64,000 nucleotides of DNA from Hypanus sabinus (GCF_030144855.1 NC_082715.1:145204001-145268000), one strand, 5' to 3'; positions 46,531-59,851 are shown, counted from the stretch's first letter. Notes: generated by a model from the letters alone, not told the origin. A program made the numbers and translations.

Positions 46531-49500
46531 TCGTGGTCTTCTCCTCCTACAGCTTATTCACTTCGAGGTACGCCGTGTTGTGCGTTCAGAGATGCTCTGA
46601 CGAACGGGAAGATGAGAAAATGCACAAGGATTCATTCATACTGAATGCTGAACACAAAGAAATGAAGATGGATGGCCTATTTTCAGGGCACGGAGACGAA
46701 CAGGTGGTCTGAAAAATAATAAAGCAAAATTCTCCTGTGCTAGATGAATCCTGGCAAGATATTAGGGCAATGTGCATCCGACAAAACAAAGGTTGTTTGC
46801 CACAATTGCACGTTCATGATTACTGGGAATTATACTTCAAGCTAAACGAATGGGGTGTGAGGTGCTCGTTAAATATTTTGGAATATTTTAGAATAACGTG
46901 TTCTTGCGCCAACCAAAGGACACTAAGAAGGAATTAGAGGCGGAGATTCCATTGGATTCAGTCGCAATTCTATTTATCGGAAGATCAGACATGAGGCCGA
47001 GGGGCCTACTTCGTATCCTAAGTGTGACATGTCAGAAACTCACGAAAAGTAAGAGTCCCAGAACAGATCCCTGAGGCACCACACAGGTAGCCGACCTCCA
47101 TGCAGAATATGACCCGTTTACAACCAATCTTTGTCTTCTGTGGCAAGCCAGTTCTGGATCCACAAAGCAATGTGCCCTTGGATCCCATGCCTCATTACTT
47201 TCTCAATAGGCCTTGTATGGGGTACCTTATCAAATGCCTTGCTGAAATCCATATACACTACATCTACTGTTCTTCCTTAATCAGTGTTTTTAGTCACATC
47301 CTCAACAGATTCAATGAAGCTCGTAAGGTACGACCTTCCCTTGACAAAGCCATGCTGACTACTCCTAATCATGCGATGCCTCTCCAAATGTTTATAAATC
47401 CTGCCTGTCAGGATCTTCTCCATCAACTTACCAACCACTGAGGTAAGACTCACTAGTATATAATTTCCTGGGCTACATTTACTCCCTTTCTTGAATAAAG
47501 AAACAACATTTGCAAACCCTCAATCCTCCGGAAGACTTCCCGTCCCCGTTCAGGATGTAAAGATCATCGCCAGAGTCTCAGCAATCTCCTTCCTCCCCTC
47601 TCGCAGTAGCCTTGCGTGCACCTCATCTGGTGCCGTAACATTCCATAACCTCAGAGCAGACAAATTCTTGGTTGATTGCTGTAGCTAAAGATGTTCTGCT
47701 TGTCAATCCACGGAACCAAAGCCTGCAACTGTTTCAGGTATATATTATTCCAAGCTACTACTGAAATGGCCCCGGTTACATTTGTTTTAAGTCTTTCTTA
47801 TCCAGAACAATTTCTCCATATCTATTTTTGGTTTTGTTTCGTATGGGGACTTTTAAAAGAAACGCCAACAATATTATCACCTGTTTGTGAAAAGCGTAAC
47901 ATACCCTACAAATCAACAGAGGAAGTGAGATGAATTGCTAAGGTCTGGTTTATGTGATTTAGGGATTGCAAGAGGCACAAAAAAGCTATATAATTGTAAT
48001 TCCGTTTTGCAGACATTTGGAAATGCAATCACCTCCTCCTATTGGTTGTATTAATTGGCTATCATGTGGCAAGACTCCAAGTCGTTGATCTGTTACCTTG
48101 TAACCTCTGTCCATACCAGTAATGTTCAACCTACATTCTTTCATAGGTCTAATTGGACCTCGCTGCACAATAACCAAGCCTTGTCTTGAAAACGCTAAAG
48201 AACAAGCATTAGTGGTCACTTTATTAGATACGCCTGCACATCGGTTCCTTCATGCAAATATCTAATCAGTCAGTCTCAAAGCAGCAAGTTAATGAACCTG
48301 CAGACAAGAGCAGCAGCTGTTGTTCAGACCAAACATCCGAATGTGGAAGAAATGTGATCTAAATTATTTTGAGCGTGGTATGAATGTTTGTTCCAGACGG
48401 GGTGCCTTGAGTATCTTAGAAATTGCGAGTCTCGTTCGATTTTCATACAATAATGTGCCTCCTGAGTTTATGTTCGTGGTCTTCTACAGCTTATTCTCTT
48501 CGAGGTTCGACGTGTTGTGCGTTCAGAAATGCTCTTCTGCACAGACCTGGTGTAACGCATGGTTAATTGAGCTACTGTCGCCTTTCTGTCGGCTTCATCC
48601 AGTTTGGCCATTCTACCTTGAGCTCGCTCATTAATTATTTTATTTTTTTTTAATTAGCTTTTGTATCATTCTCTTAACCTCGAATAAAATTACCACTGAC
48701 TGTATATGAAATAGCACAGGACATTTCACAGAAAGCAGCTAGCTGAAAGCGGAAATACAGGTAAATAAGCATGGACGGACAGATATCACAGAGGCTTGCC
48801 TGCTGGACTATTTGGATTGGGACTAGAATGTTAAAGGTAACGTCGCATTCAGGAAGGACAGGAAGATGATAAAATGCTCAAGGATTCGTTGATAATGAAT
48901 GTTTAACACAAAGAAATGAAGATGAATGGCCAATTTTCAGGGCACGGAGAGGAAGAGGTGGTCTGAAAAACAATAAAACAAAATTCTCCTGTGGTATATG
49001 AATCCTGGCAAGGTATTAGGGCAACCTGCATCCAACGAAACAAAGGCTGTTTAACATAATTGCACGTTCATGATTATTTGGAATTATACTTCAAACTAAA
49101 AAATTGGGTCAAGGTCTGTGAGGTGCTCGTTAAATATTTTGGGCTATTTTCGAATAACGTGTTCTCGCACCACCCAAAGGACACTAAGAAGCAATTAGAG
49201 GCGGAGATTCCTTTGGAATCAGCTACATTTTTATTTATCAGAGTATCGGGCAGGAGGGCAGAGGGGCCTACTTCGTATCCTAAATGTGACGTGTCAGGAG
49301 GATATTACTGAACAAAAAGTTTTTATTTTCATTAAGATCCATTTGATTCTTGGCCCCAGTCTCCCTCAATGCCATGTGATTCCATATCTGCATCAAGAGA
49401 AATGGCAATTCAAAACCGCAAGTGATCTCCATATTCAAGTGTCTACAGTGTAGCACATAGTGAATGTCACATTATATTGGTTCGTCATTTACGCCAGTAG

Positions 49501-49824
49501 GTGGAAATGTTGCACCACTTGATACCCATACTTGCTTCAGAGAATGGAAGAACCGGGCCCTGAACACATAATATAGTAGCGACTGTGCTCTGTATCAATT
49601 GCCCATAATGGATTCATTGGAGTCATTTCTCCAGAATGAATGTTAACTTTTTCAAACTGATATCATGCAAAGATCGGGAAATATTACCGAGAGAACTCGG
49701 GCGATAATTGCTGCAGCTGACATTTGGCGCTCGAGTTTATAGGATAATTTCCGTGTAATGGCGAACATTCTACAGGATACGCTAATGCAATCCTTCACAG
49801 CTCTCTGTGTTTTAAACAAAATTT

Positions 49825-51165
49825 ACATAGAAACATAGAAACTTAGAAAACCTACAGCACAATACAGGCCCTTCGGCCCACAAAGTTGTGCCGCACACGT
49901 CCCTACATTACAAATTGCTAGGCTTACCTATAGCCCTCTATTTTGCTAAGCTCCATGTAGCTATCTAGAACATTCTTAAAAGACCCCATCGTATCCGCCT
50001 CCACCACCATAGCCGGCAGCCCATTCCACGTACTCACCACTCTCAGTAAAACACTTACCCCTGACATCTCGTCTGTACCTACTCCCCAGCAACCTTAAAC
50101 ATGTGTCCTCTTCTGGCAACCATTTCAGCCCTGGGAAAAAGACTCTGACTATCCACATGGTCAATGCCTCTCATCATCTTGTGCACCTCTATCAGATCAC
50201 CTCTCATCGTCCTTCGCTCCAAGGAGAAAAGGCCGAGTTCACTCAACCTATTCTTATAAGCATGCTCCCCAATCCAGGCAACACCCTTGTAAATCTACCC
50301 TTTCTATGGCTTCCACATCCTTTCTGTAATGAGGCGACCAGAACTGAGCACAGTACTCCAAATCGGGTCTGACCAGGGTCCAATATATCTGCAACATACC
50401 CCTCGGCTCATAAATGCAATTCCACGATTGATGAAGGCCAATATACCATCCGCCTTCTTAACCACAGAGTCAACCTGCACAGCTACTTTGAGTATTCTAT
50501 GGACTCGGACTCCAAAATCCCTCTGATGCTCCACACTGCCAAGAGTTATAACATTAATACGATATGCTGCCATCCTATTTGACCTGCCAAAATAACCACT
50601 TTTCACTTATCTGGGTTGAACTCCATCTGCCACTTCTCAGCTCCGTTTTGCATCCTATCAATGTCTCTCGGTAATCTCTGACAATCCTCCACACTATCCA
50701 CAGCACCTCCAACATTTGTGTAATCTGCAAACTTACTAACCCATCCCTCCACTTCTTCATCCATATTATTTACAAAAATCACGAAGAGTAAGGGTCCCAG
50801 AACAGATCCTTGAGGCACTCCACTGGTGACCGTTCTCCATGCAGAATATGACCCGTTTACAACCGCATTTTGCCTTCTGTGGGCAAGCCAGTTCTGGATC
50901 CACAAAGTCATGTCCCCATGGATCCTATGCTTCCTTACTTTCTCTATAAGCCTTACATAGGGTACCTTATCAAATGTCTTGCTGAAATCCATATAAACTA
51001 CATCTACTGTTCTTCCTTCATCAAAGCGTTTCGTCACATCCTCACCAGAGGCAAAGCAATTTCCTCCCTCGCCTGTGGTACATTTTGTCCGGTCCCGGCA
51101 ACCTGTACAAGTTGATGCTTTCCAGAAGCTCCAGCACATCCTCTTTCTTAAAATCTATATGCTCA
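49825..51165 (-). mobile_element. CR1-type LINE 3' portion (paralog of 12590-14190)
   Basis: Minus ORF 50603-51139: VDVVYMDFSKTFDKVPY..VTSGVPQGSVLGPLLF..FADY..WQMEFNPDK. Confidence 0.9.
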
Positions 51166-51903
51166 AGTGGAGAAACTTCCGCTGAAAATCGGAAAATTTT
51201 TTAATCGATTTTCCAAGAATCGTATTGCACTATGGCACACCCTTCGTTCCCGCCACCCTCAGTGAAACGCTAAACAGTTGCATTGTCTGTCCACCATCAC
51301 TAGCATTTCAGCTCATCTGTGCAGCCAACACATTAAATGCATTGTGGCAATTAATCATCAAGGCGTGTTCCATTGACGTTATCAGCGTATAACATGTAAC
51401 ACGGGAAAGCGTTTATCCGAACAGTTTAACACGATATTGTGTGGATTATATTGATGATACTTTCCACTTCAGAGACGAGGGTGCAGACATAGCAGAAACA
51501 TGGGGATGAATTTACGAGTTATATTTGGTAAATAACAAGTGGATACGCCTCAGAGACTCTACTGAAATCCCTTCTCAGCTTTCCTTATAACATTTCTGTA
51601 TTCTCGCAATAATCAATTCGTTGTAAGCTAGTCTTTCTGTTCGCCTGTTGTCCATTAATCGCTTCGTATTTCTGATCAGATGCAGCAATTCTCCCCTGAG
51701 CTATTCCCTCCCATGGCAACCTCAAGCCCACAGTACTTCAGTCGCTTCTTCCCATTTTGATACACTGTTGGTTTATGCGTCCCCTATGCATTTGTATGTG
51801 TGTGGTGGGGGGTGTAGTTTAGGGCTGTGTGGAAATGAGCAAATGTCAGTGACAGTGAACCTGTGAATCGGTCATAAGTTGGTAAATTTTCAAATTGCTT
51901 AAA

Positions 51904-52588
51904 TGTTGTCACATGTACCGAGGTGCAGAGAACAAACTGTTTCGCAGGCCATTCATGCAAATCAGTTCATCAGTGCATTGAGATAGCACAAGCGAGCAGA
52001 ATAAGGGGTTACAGTTACAGAGAAAGTGCAGTACAGGTAGGCAGTAAGGTGCAAGGGCATAACGACGTAGATTGTCAGGCCAAGAGTCTATCTGATCACA
52101 GTAGGGAAACATTCAGTGATCACATAACACCAAGACAGACGCTGTCCTTGAGCCTGGTGGTATGTGCCTTTAAGGGTTTTGGATCTTCTGCCTGAACGGA
52201 TGGGGGAGGAGAGAGAATGTCCGTGATGGTTGACGTCTTTGCCTATAATGACTGCTTTGCCGAGGCAGCGACAATGTTTAGAGAATCCATGGAGCGGAGT
52301 TGCCTTCCGTGATGTGCTGAGCTCTATGCGCAACTCCCTTTAGTTTATTTCAATTCCCAGCAGAGCAGACACCATGCCCAGCCGTGATGCATCCAGACGG
52401 AATTCATCGATAAAAATTGCTGAAGTCAAAGTTAGAGCGCTAGTGAGCGCTCTTTGCCGTGACATCTACGTGGTTGGGCCAGGATAGGTTGTTGGTGACG
52501 TCCCCTCCACTGAACTTGAATTTCTCAACCCTCCCGAACCCAGCATCGTTTACATAGTTGCCCCGCCATTTCCTGAAATCAAGACCCA
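51904..52588 (-). mobile_element. Rex1/L2-like remnant abutting the psiVJ4 promoter
   Basis: Paralog of 14816-15490 and 33328-34024. Confidence 0.7.
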
Positions 52589-52606
52589 ATTCATTCGTGA
52601 GTAGAG

Positions 52607-52625
52607 ATCTGCATCAATATATATT
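52607..52625 (+). promoter_or_regulatory. Octamer-like ATCTGCAT plus TATA-like element of psiVJ4
   Basis: Same arrangement as the other two V promoters. Confidence 0.55.
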
Positions 52626-52724
52626 TCAGTGGCTTTGCAGTCTTTCACAGTTCTTAAGGAGCAGCTTCGAAAGCCCTGAACAGGACTTGTGTCCGATAGC
52701 CTTTGACTTCTTATCAGCTTCACC

Positions 52725-52773
52725 ATGGCTGAATGGGTCCTGGTTCTTTCCGCGTTTGCGTCCTGTTTGCTCA
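52725..52773 (+). pseudogene. Leader exon of psiVJ4 (donor destroyed)
   Basis: MAEWVLVLSAFASCLL followed by TTAGGT in place of GTAAGT. Confidence 0.9.
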
Positions 52774-52860
52774 TTAGGTAGAATACTTCAACCTTTATAC
52801 TGTCCTTTATGTTGTGTTGGTACTTAAGGGTTTAAAATAATTATTTGTTACTTTCCCCAG

Positions 52861-53208
52861 CTGCAAACGCGGAGATGACTTTGACTCAGTCTCCGTCCGT
52901 ATCAGCGACTCCGGGTAGAACTGTGAAAATCTTTTGTACCATGTCACGGGGGTAGCATCGACAGCTACTACACGAGCTGGTTCATGCAGAAACCCGGCGG
53001 CGCTCCAGTTTTTGTGTTGCATGGAAGCTCACGACAGGATAGGGAATTCCAGATCGATTCACCGGTTCCGTAGAGTCATCGAGCAACCAAATACATTTAT
53101 CCATCACCAACGTGCAATGGGAGGACGCCGTCGATTATTACTGTGGTGCTGGGGATGCTAGCACGGACATATTCACCTTTGGGAGAGGAACCAAACTGAA
53201 TTTCAACT
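52861..53208 (+). pseudogene. IGLV: Germline-joined lambda VJ pseudogene, cluster 4
   Basis: +1 before CDR1 gives TAG at 52953-52955; -1 near 53030; TCG>TAG at 53040-53042. CDR3-J reads [23 protein letters not shown]; the J donor GT is intact at 53209. Confidence 0.95.
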
Positions 53209-53859
53209 GTAAGTAAATATTTGTTGCGGTCTAATCACGTTTTGATTTTGTTTGTTTTTTTATTCGTTTGAACCTTGGAATAATATTATCAATCCTGATG
53301 CTTCGACACGGCTTACAGGACGCTTCTCATTGCAACTTTACAATATGGCAGGGAGAAATCTAGCGCATATGCATCCTGTTTGTTTGGTAGGGTTACTGAA
53401 TTTAGCTGAAAACTATCTTCAAAACAACTTGAGTACAATCCCATAAAATTTTTAAAATAGCTTCGTGAATAGATGCTTCGTGCTGTTAGCAAGTGTTTCT
53501 TAAAAGTTTCCCAGGGAACAGATGCATTAAAATATATTCCCAACAGTTAGGACTTACACTAGACAACCGAGGTGAGGTCGTGTTTAGTTAAAGGATCTGA
53601 ATGCGAAACGTCTGGAATATATTTTGTTATTTTACAAAAATATAAATTGCTGCTAATTTTACTTTACTTTGTGTGTATTATGCTGTGCACCTTGGTTTCC
53701 TAAAACGTTGTTACGTTTGACCGTATCCATGTATTCAGTTGACTGACAATAAACTTTGTCCTGAACCGGAAGCTTAATATGGACAAGAGCCGAGCTCTGC
53801 ATGTTACCGAATTGCAATAGGGAACTTCTATTTCCTTCAGGCGGTAAAACAGAGGAACA

Positions 53860-54286
53860 GAATTAGGGAATACGACCCCACGAGTCTGCTCCATCGTTTG
53901 ATCGTCGCTGGTATATTTTCTCCCAAGCTCATTCTCCTGACTTCTCCCCATAACCTTTGATGCCGTTTGCAAATCAAGAGACTATAAAACTCCGTTTTGA
54001 ATATACCCAAAGACTTGGTATATCCACAGCTTCCTGTCTATCTACAGATTCACCACTTTACGGATAAATCAAATCCTCCCTTTCTCTGTTCTAAAGTGCT
54101 GTCCGTATATTCAAAGGATTTTCTTTCGGGTCTGGCCTCTCAGAATATAGGGAGCATCCTCCCACTTGCACTCAATCTAGCTCTTTCAATATTCGATAGG
54201 GATCTAAGGGGGGGGAGTTAATTTTTCACTAATCTAATATTTTCTTCATTTTATGTAATTCTCTTTAAAAATAAATAAACAAATAA

Positions 54287-54318
<32 letters not shown>

Positions 54319-55790
54319 ATAAATAGATACATAGATACATACATACATACATAAAAGTAATCGGTAGGTTAATGAGACTTCATCCTCTACCTCTTAACCC
54401 CCCCCCCCCCCCCACCGCCCCAATCATTCTTCTGAAATCCAGCGTGCACAAGCCCAGGGCCATCAAATACTCTTTCATTGTCGGCATCTTTCCTGTAAGC
54501 CTGCTTTTGTCAGCACATCCTTTCTTTGATATGTGGTCCAGAACTGCTCACTATACTCTAAATCTGCTCTGGCTATTGCCTTTTAAAACCTTAGCATTAC
54601 ATCCTTGCTTTTATATTCTACTCATCTCGAAATGAATACTAACTTTGCTTTTGCCTGCAAGTTAACATTTTGGGAATCCTGCAGGATGACTTCCGAGTCT
54701 CCTTGCACCTCCGATTTCTGAATTCGGTCTCCGGTTAGGAGAAGACTGTACCTTTATTCCTTCTACCATAGTCCACGGCAATGCAATTTCCTACACTGTA
54801 CTCCATCTGTCACTTCTTTGCCCATTCACCTGATCCGTCAGGATCATTCTGCGGACTCCTACTGCCTCAACACTGCCTACTCCTCCACCTGTCTTTGCAT
54901 CATCCGCAAACGTGGCCACAAATCCATAAATCCCGTTGTTCAGATCATTAACTTCCAGCCTGAAACGTAGCAGACTCAACACCGATCCTTGCAGAACACC
55001 ACTAATTACCGGTAGCCAACCAGAACAGATTAACCTCATGCTTTTCTCCTGCCGGTCAGCAAATGCTCCGTCTATGCCTGTGATAGCTTATGCTCTTATC
55101 GTGTTAAGCAGCCTGATGGGTCACACTTTGTCAATGGTCTTCTGAAAATCCAAGTCAACAACATCCACTGACTCTTATTTGTCTATCCTGCCTGGCATTT
55201 TCTCAAGGAATCTCAGCAGATTTAATAACTAAATTTCCCCTTAAGGGAACCATGCTGATCACGGCTTATTTTATCGGATGCCACCAAGTACCTAGAAATT
55301 TCCTCCTTACTAATGAATTCTAGCAATCTCAATGTGTTTAAATTTCGATTAAACGTCGATATGTTTACTAAGAAACTGATTAACGTCAGACTAACTGTCC
55401 CATAATTTCCTGCATTTTGCGTCCCTCTCTTCTGAGAGTGTGGAGTAATATTTGTGATTTTCTTGTCCAGCGGACCCATTGGCCCATTTTTGAAAGATCG
55501 TTACTAATGCCTCTCTAATCTATCCAGTTACCGCCTTCAGAATTCTGGAGTGCAGTCCATCTAGTTTGTCGACTTATCTAACTTCAGATCTTTCAGCCTC
55601 CCAAGCTCCTTCTCGCTCGTCATAGCAACTACTGTCACTTAGGTGTAATTTCCCTTAATGCCTAATTTCGAGTTTTGTTTTCTCAACTTGATCTTTTCAC
55701 GTTACTTGCGCTCCTCTTGTTCTATACCTATTAACCGGAAGTCATCAAGATTCTGGTGCTCCGTTCTAACTTCTACCCAATTTGCCTTCA
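53860..55790 (-). mobile_element. Decayed CR1-type fragments in the J-C intron (cluster 4), including the short tailed insertion at 54196-54355
   Basis: Paralogous to 16755-18690. Confidence 0.75.
54270..54352. repeat. Compound microsatellite (TAAA)n(TAGA)n(TACA)n
   Basis: Read directly; the paralog at 17188-17236 has different unit numbers. Confidence 0.9.
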
Positions 55791-55854
55791 GCAAGACGCC
55801 GCCCCAAAGCCCACCTAGGCCTCTCCAGTGTGTTTGAACTTCTGCGCCGTCTCC

Positions 55855-55916
55855 GTGTAAATGTCTCAGCTTTGATAACAAATTATCACTCAGCCCACCT
55901 GTTTTGTTTACATTTC
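55855..55916 (+). promoter_or_regulatory. Invariant 62-bp intronic element, cluster 4 copy
   Basis: Identical to 37202-37263. Confidence 0.5.
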
Positions 55917-57021
55917 AAACTCCCCAGTCCCGCAGGCCACTGGGTATCTAATTTTTGGATACCTGCTCATTACTGTAGTAAGTGATTTTTCCTTGAATAA
56001 CAACTCTGAGGTCTGAAACACTGGAAAATCGCTCCTTAGCATTTCTGACTTTCCGCCGCGTCTTCCTCCGAGATACTACCGTAAAACGATTTCTTTGTAA
56101 ATTTTGTTCTGTAGTCTTGATATCTTATTGTGTGAATGGGTTCAACTTTTCAAATCATTGAAAAAAAAATCATTATGAATACATTGACTCAGATGTCCAC
56201 ATCTTCTGGATTTCATAGACCTCTGAGAGTTGTTAACGGGTTTTCCTTCAGTGTGTATCACCCCGGTCCAAACAACCCTTTCGGAATTAATTGTGAGACT
56301 AAAAACTAAAAAATCCAGGTAGAAAACTTTAACTGGTATTATTTATTCCCATTACAATATTTCCATGATTTTTAGCCAATCACATTCCCTCCTTTACTGC
56401 GGCGAATCGCGCAATCTCCGAGGAGAGACAAAGGCACAGTATGTCAATCAAATCCACCGCCATAGCTCTTGCTTTTTACGTGAATAGCTGCGACGACATT
56501 TCGGAGTTTTGCCACGCGCTTTGCCATATCTCTTTCGGGGTTTCTTATTGGTTCTGTGATTCATGTCTTTACGATTTAACACCATGGACCATGGCAATAA
56601 TCTGTCACGATGTTAACTATATATAGTTACATCAGATTGGATCGGTGTACCATGGGATATATAAAGTATATCTTACGTATATTAGAGAGTATTTCACGAA
56701 TAGTGGTTTCTGTCAGCGAAGCCTCTCCAGTCGGATTTTTTTTTTTGCCATTCCATCGAAATTTGTTATTTTATTGCTTTGAATTTTGCTATTATGAAAA
56801 ACCCTCTTTTTTCTTTACTTTGTAGCCATTTCTAGTGTTCATGATATATATTGCCTTTGATGCGTTTGTGGAAGATCAAAACACATTAATGAGATTCAGT
56901 TGTGCCCGGGTTCTCATGCGTTCTGACCTTTATGGTTGTAAAATCGTTGAAAAAAGACAAAGTTTGATTCTAATTTATATCAATTACTAACTCATTTCAC
57001 TGCACTTCTTTCTATTTACAG

Positions 57022-57344
57022 ATCCGCGAAAACCCGCCGTATCCGTCCTCCGACCGTCTGCGGAAGAAATTCGGGGACAGGGCACCGCCACCCTGGTGTG
57101 TTTAGTGAGCGGGTTTAATCCGGCCGCTGTGAATATCGAGTGGACTGTGGACGGCAGTACGAGAAGGAATGGCGTTGAGATCAGCCGGATCCAGCAGGAC
57201 GCCGACAACACGTTCAGAGCGAGCAGTTACCTGACTCTGCCAGCCTCAGACTGGAACTCACACGAGCTTTACTCCTGCGTGGATAAACATGAGACTCAGG
57301 CAACCCCATATCAAACAAACATCGCGCGATCCAGCTGTATGTAA
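57022..57344 (+). pseudogene. IGLC: Lambda constant exon, cluster 4: open frame but paired with a pseudo-VJ and carrying V>D in YxCxVxH
   Basis: No stops; acceptor at 57020-57021; AATAAA at 57374-57379; reads YSCVDKH (GAT at 57282-57284). Confidence 0.8.
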
Positions 57345-59851
57345 TACAACATGTTTAGAGCCTGTTTCTTTAAAATAAAACAAACGAATTTCAGCTACAG
57401 ATGTTAAATTTTCGATTGTCGCTGACACATTTTTCAACCGGGAGAAAACAGGCATTGCGTCCTGGTGGACGTTCTTAAACAGCATTCGTTCCGAAATTCA
57501 TATCGTCCATGTAATTTTATCCCGAAGTAATTAAAATCTATGCGATCTCCTGTGTCGTTTTTGCCTTGATCAATATTACCGACAAGAGCATCATTTTTCA
57601 AACGTTTGCGTAGATAGTGAACGTGATCAAACTTTGGCCATCCATGAAATAGAATAGACAAAATAGACATTGTGCTAGTTCTTGCGTATATTTTCTTCCT
57701 GAAGAAATCATATTCACTATGGCTACATCAGAACAAGTGGTGTAATTACTTGTCAGCGAACTTTACATAAATAATAAAAGAAATTTGAACATCGTGCGTA
57801 TATTCAATTTCCAATTTTAGCATTGTATTCTTCATGGAAATGGTTTTACTACAGCTGGTCATATTCAGGGAGACAAGGGCTTGTGTACCCTGTGTCAGCA
57901 GCGGCGCCGAGCAGAGTAGCACTTAATAAAGTGCATAGTAATGACAAATTTGCCCAAGTATCCTTCAAAACTTCAGGTTTCCTTCGAGGTGATTTCGGAT
58001 TACCATGCCTAACAAACATTGCAAATGGTAGTCCAAAGCATTTCTAGTAAATACAGTTAGACGGTGGTTGATTATCTAAAGCTATTTCGGGATTCAAAAC
58101 AGTGAAGCACTGAAGATATCGCACCGACATTTGTACATTAGTTTGTAGAATATATATGATGATAGCTTTCTGTGTGTAATGTAGAACACCGTGGCCATAG
58201 TACAGAGTTCGAGAGAACGGTATCGTAAAAATAAGATAAATATGTTCAATCAACAAAGAAAAGATCATTTTCAGGCGAATGAGAATACGAATTGTACTCA
58301 CGTCTTTCTAATTGGTTATACAAGTTGCTTTATCCCGATAAGAAAAGAGAAGCAAGAGCAGGTTCGCAGCTCATCATTGAAATTTATACATGGGTTATTG
58401 AAACTGGGACATTAATGTCACGTGATCTTCATCAGTCACTCTGGTCTGAGGCCGTTGGACTTGCCTTCTCAATGTATGGAAGGCCTAAGGAACTCCCTGT
58501 CACTTTACAGCTGCACAGACCAACCATTGCTCTGAGCGGGACATTTTTACACGGGCTGTAAACTGCGCAGTACTTTAAAATCACATTCTATAAAAGTAAA
58601 TTCCAGTATCGCACCATAAAGTCTGTGTCCGCGGGGACATTCCAGTTCCTGTGCGGCAGTTGCACGGTTGTACTTGGTGTGGCAGAGCATTCAGTGTTGT
58701 GATAGGACGACACAATGACCAGAACTGCGCTGGGATATTTTGGCAAAGAGCGTGGCTCAATTCAAACTATTAAAGTTTGGAAGCATTCATCAAACATTTC
58801 TGATTTTTTTCTGGCATTCAGACAGGTTTAAAATCCGTAAAATTGGAGATTTTGTCAAAGGCCATAGCTCAATCACTTTTTCTGACATTGAGATACGTTT
58901 AAAATCTTAAAATATATTTAATGATTATTAAATCAAATCGTAATTAAATACCTAAAAAATTTGTAACGAAAGTACACACAAATGGATAAAATGTAATGCA
59001 TCCGCCGCTTCCTTCTTTTCGAACATCTTCACAATCCGCGTTGAAGCACATTACCTCTGGAATTTCTGCGTCTGATCCGAAGGCAAAGTGAAAGAGTGCA
59101 GTAAGTTCCACTCCATTGCTGAATACTTGGAGAGTCAGGAAGTGGAAGTGGAAGAATGTAGATGGAGATTGGGCAGATGGATTGAATTCTGCCAGAAACA
59201 ATATCGAAATATGTTGGTATTTGTATGTAAATAAAACAGCCGATCCAAAAAAATGTTGCGGTTCGACGACAGGGATTTTTTTTATTAACAATACATTCCA
59301 AGCTGTGGATCAGCTCACAGATTGAGCTGCCCGCATAACGGAGAGGTGGTGTGTACAGAGAAATATGTGAATGATCGCGGTTAGTATTATTGAAAAGAGT
59401 ACACAGAAACGTTAACCATAGCACAGGCCTTTGGACCACGATGTTGTACCCAACTTTTAGTCTAATCCAAGATCAATCTAACCATTCCCTTCCACAAAGC
59501 CCTCCATTTTTCTTTCATCGATTGGCCTAAGAGTTTCTTAAATGTCCCTGATATATATTTGCCTCTACCACCACACTGGCAGGGCATTCGACGAACATAC
59601 CACTCTGTGTAAAGAATATACCTCTGACATCCTCCATATGTTCGTCCAATCACTTTAAAAGTCTGCCCTCTCGAATATACCACTGCCACCCTAGGCAAAA
59701 GGCACTGGTTATCCTTTCTATCTACTCCTCTTATCTTATGCATCTCTGTCAGGTCGTCTTTCAACTGTCTTTGTTCCAAAGCGAAAAGCTCTAGCTGGCT
59801 CAGCCTATCCTGATAAGACATGTTCTCTAACCCGAGCGGCATCATGGTAAA

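Noticed and set aside
51955-51962. Perfect octamer ATGCAAAT 770 nt upstream of psiVJ4
   Set aside because: It lies inside a LINE tail and is present in only one of three paralogs, not the functional one.
34659-57022. Alternative splicing of the intact VJ to the distant open C4 exon
   Set aside because: The phase is compatible, but it would need to bypass the C3 acceptor and poly(A) site over 22 kb; nothing in the sequence supports it.
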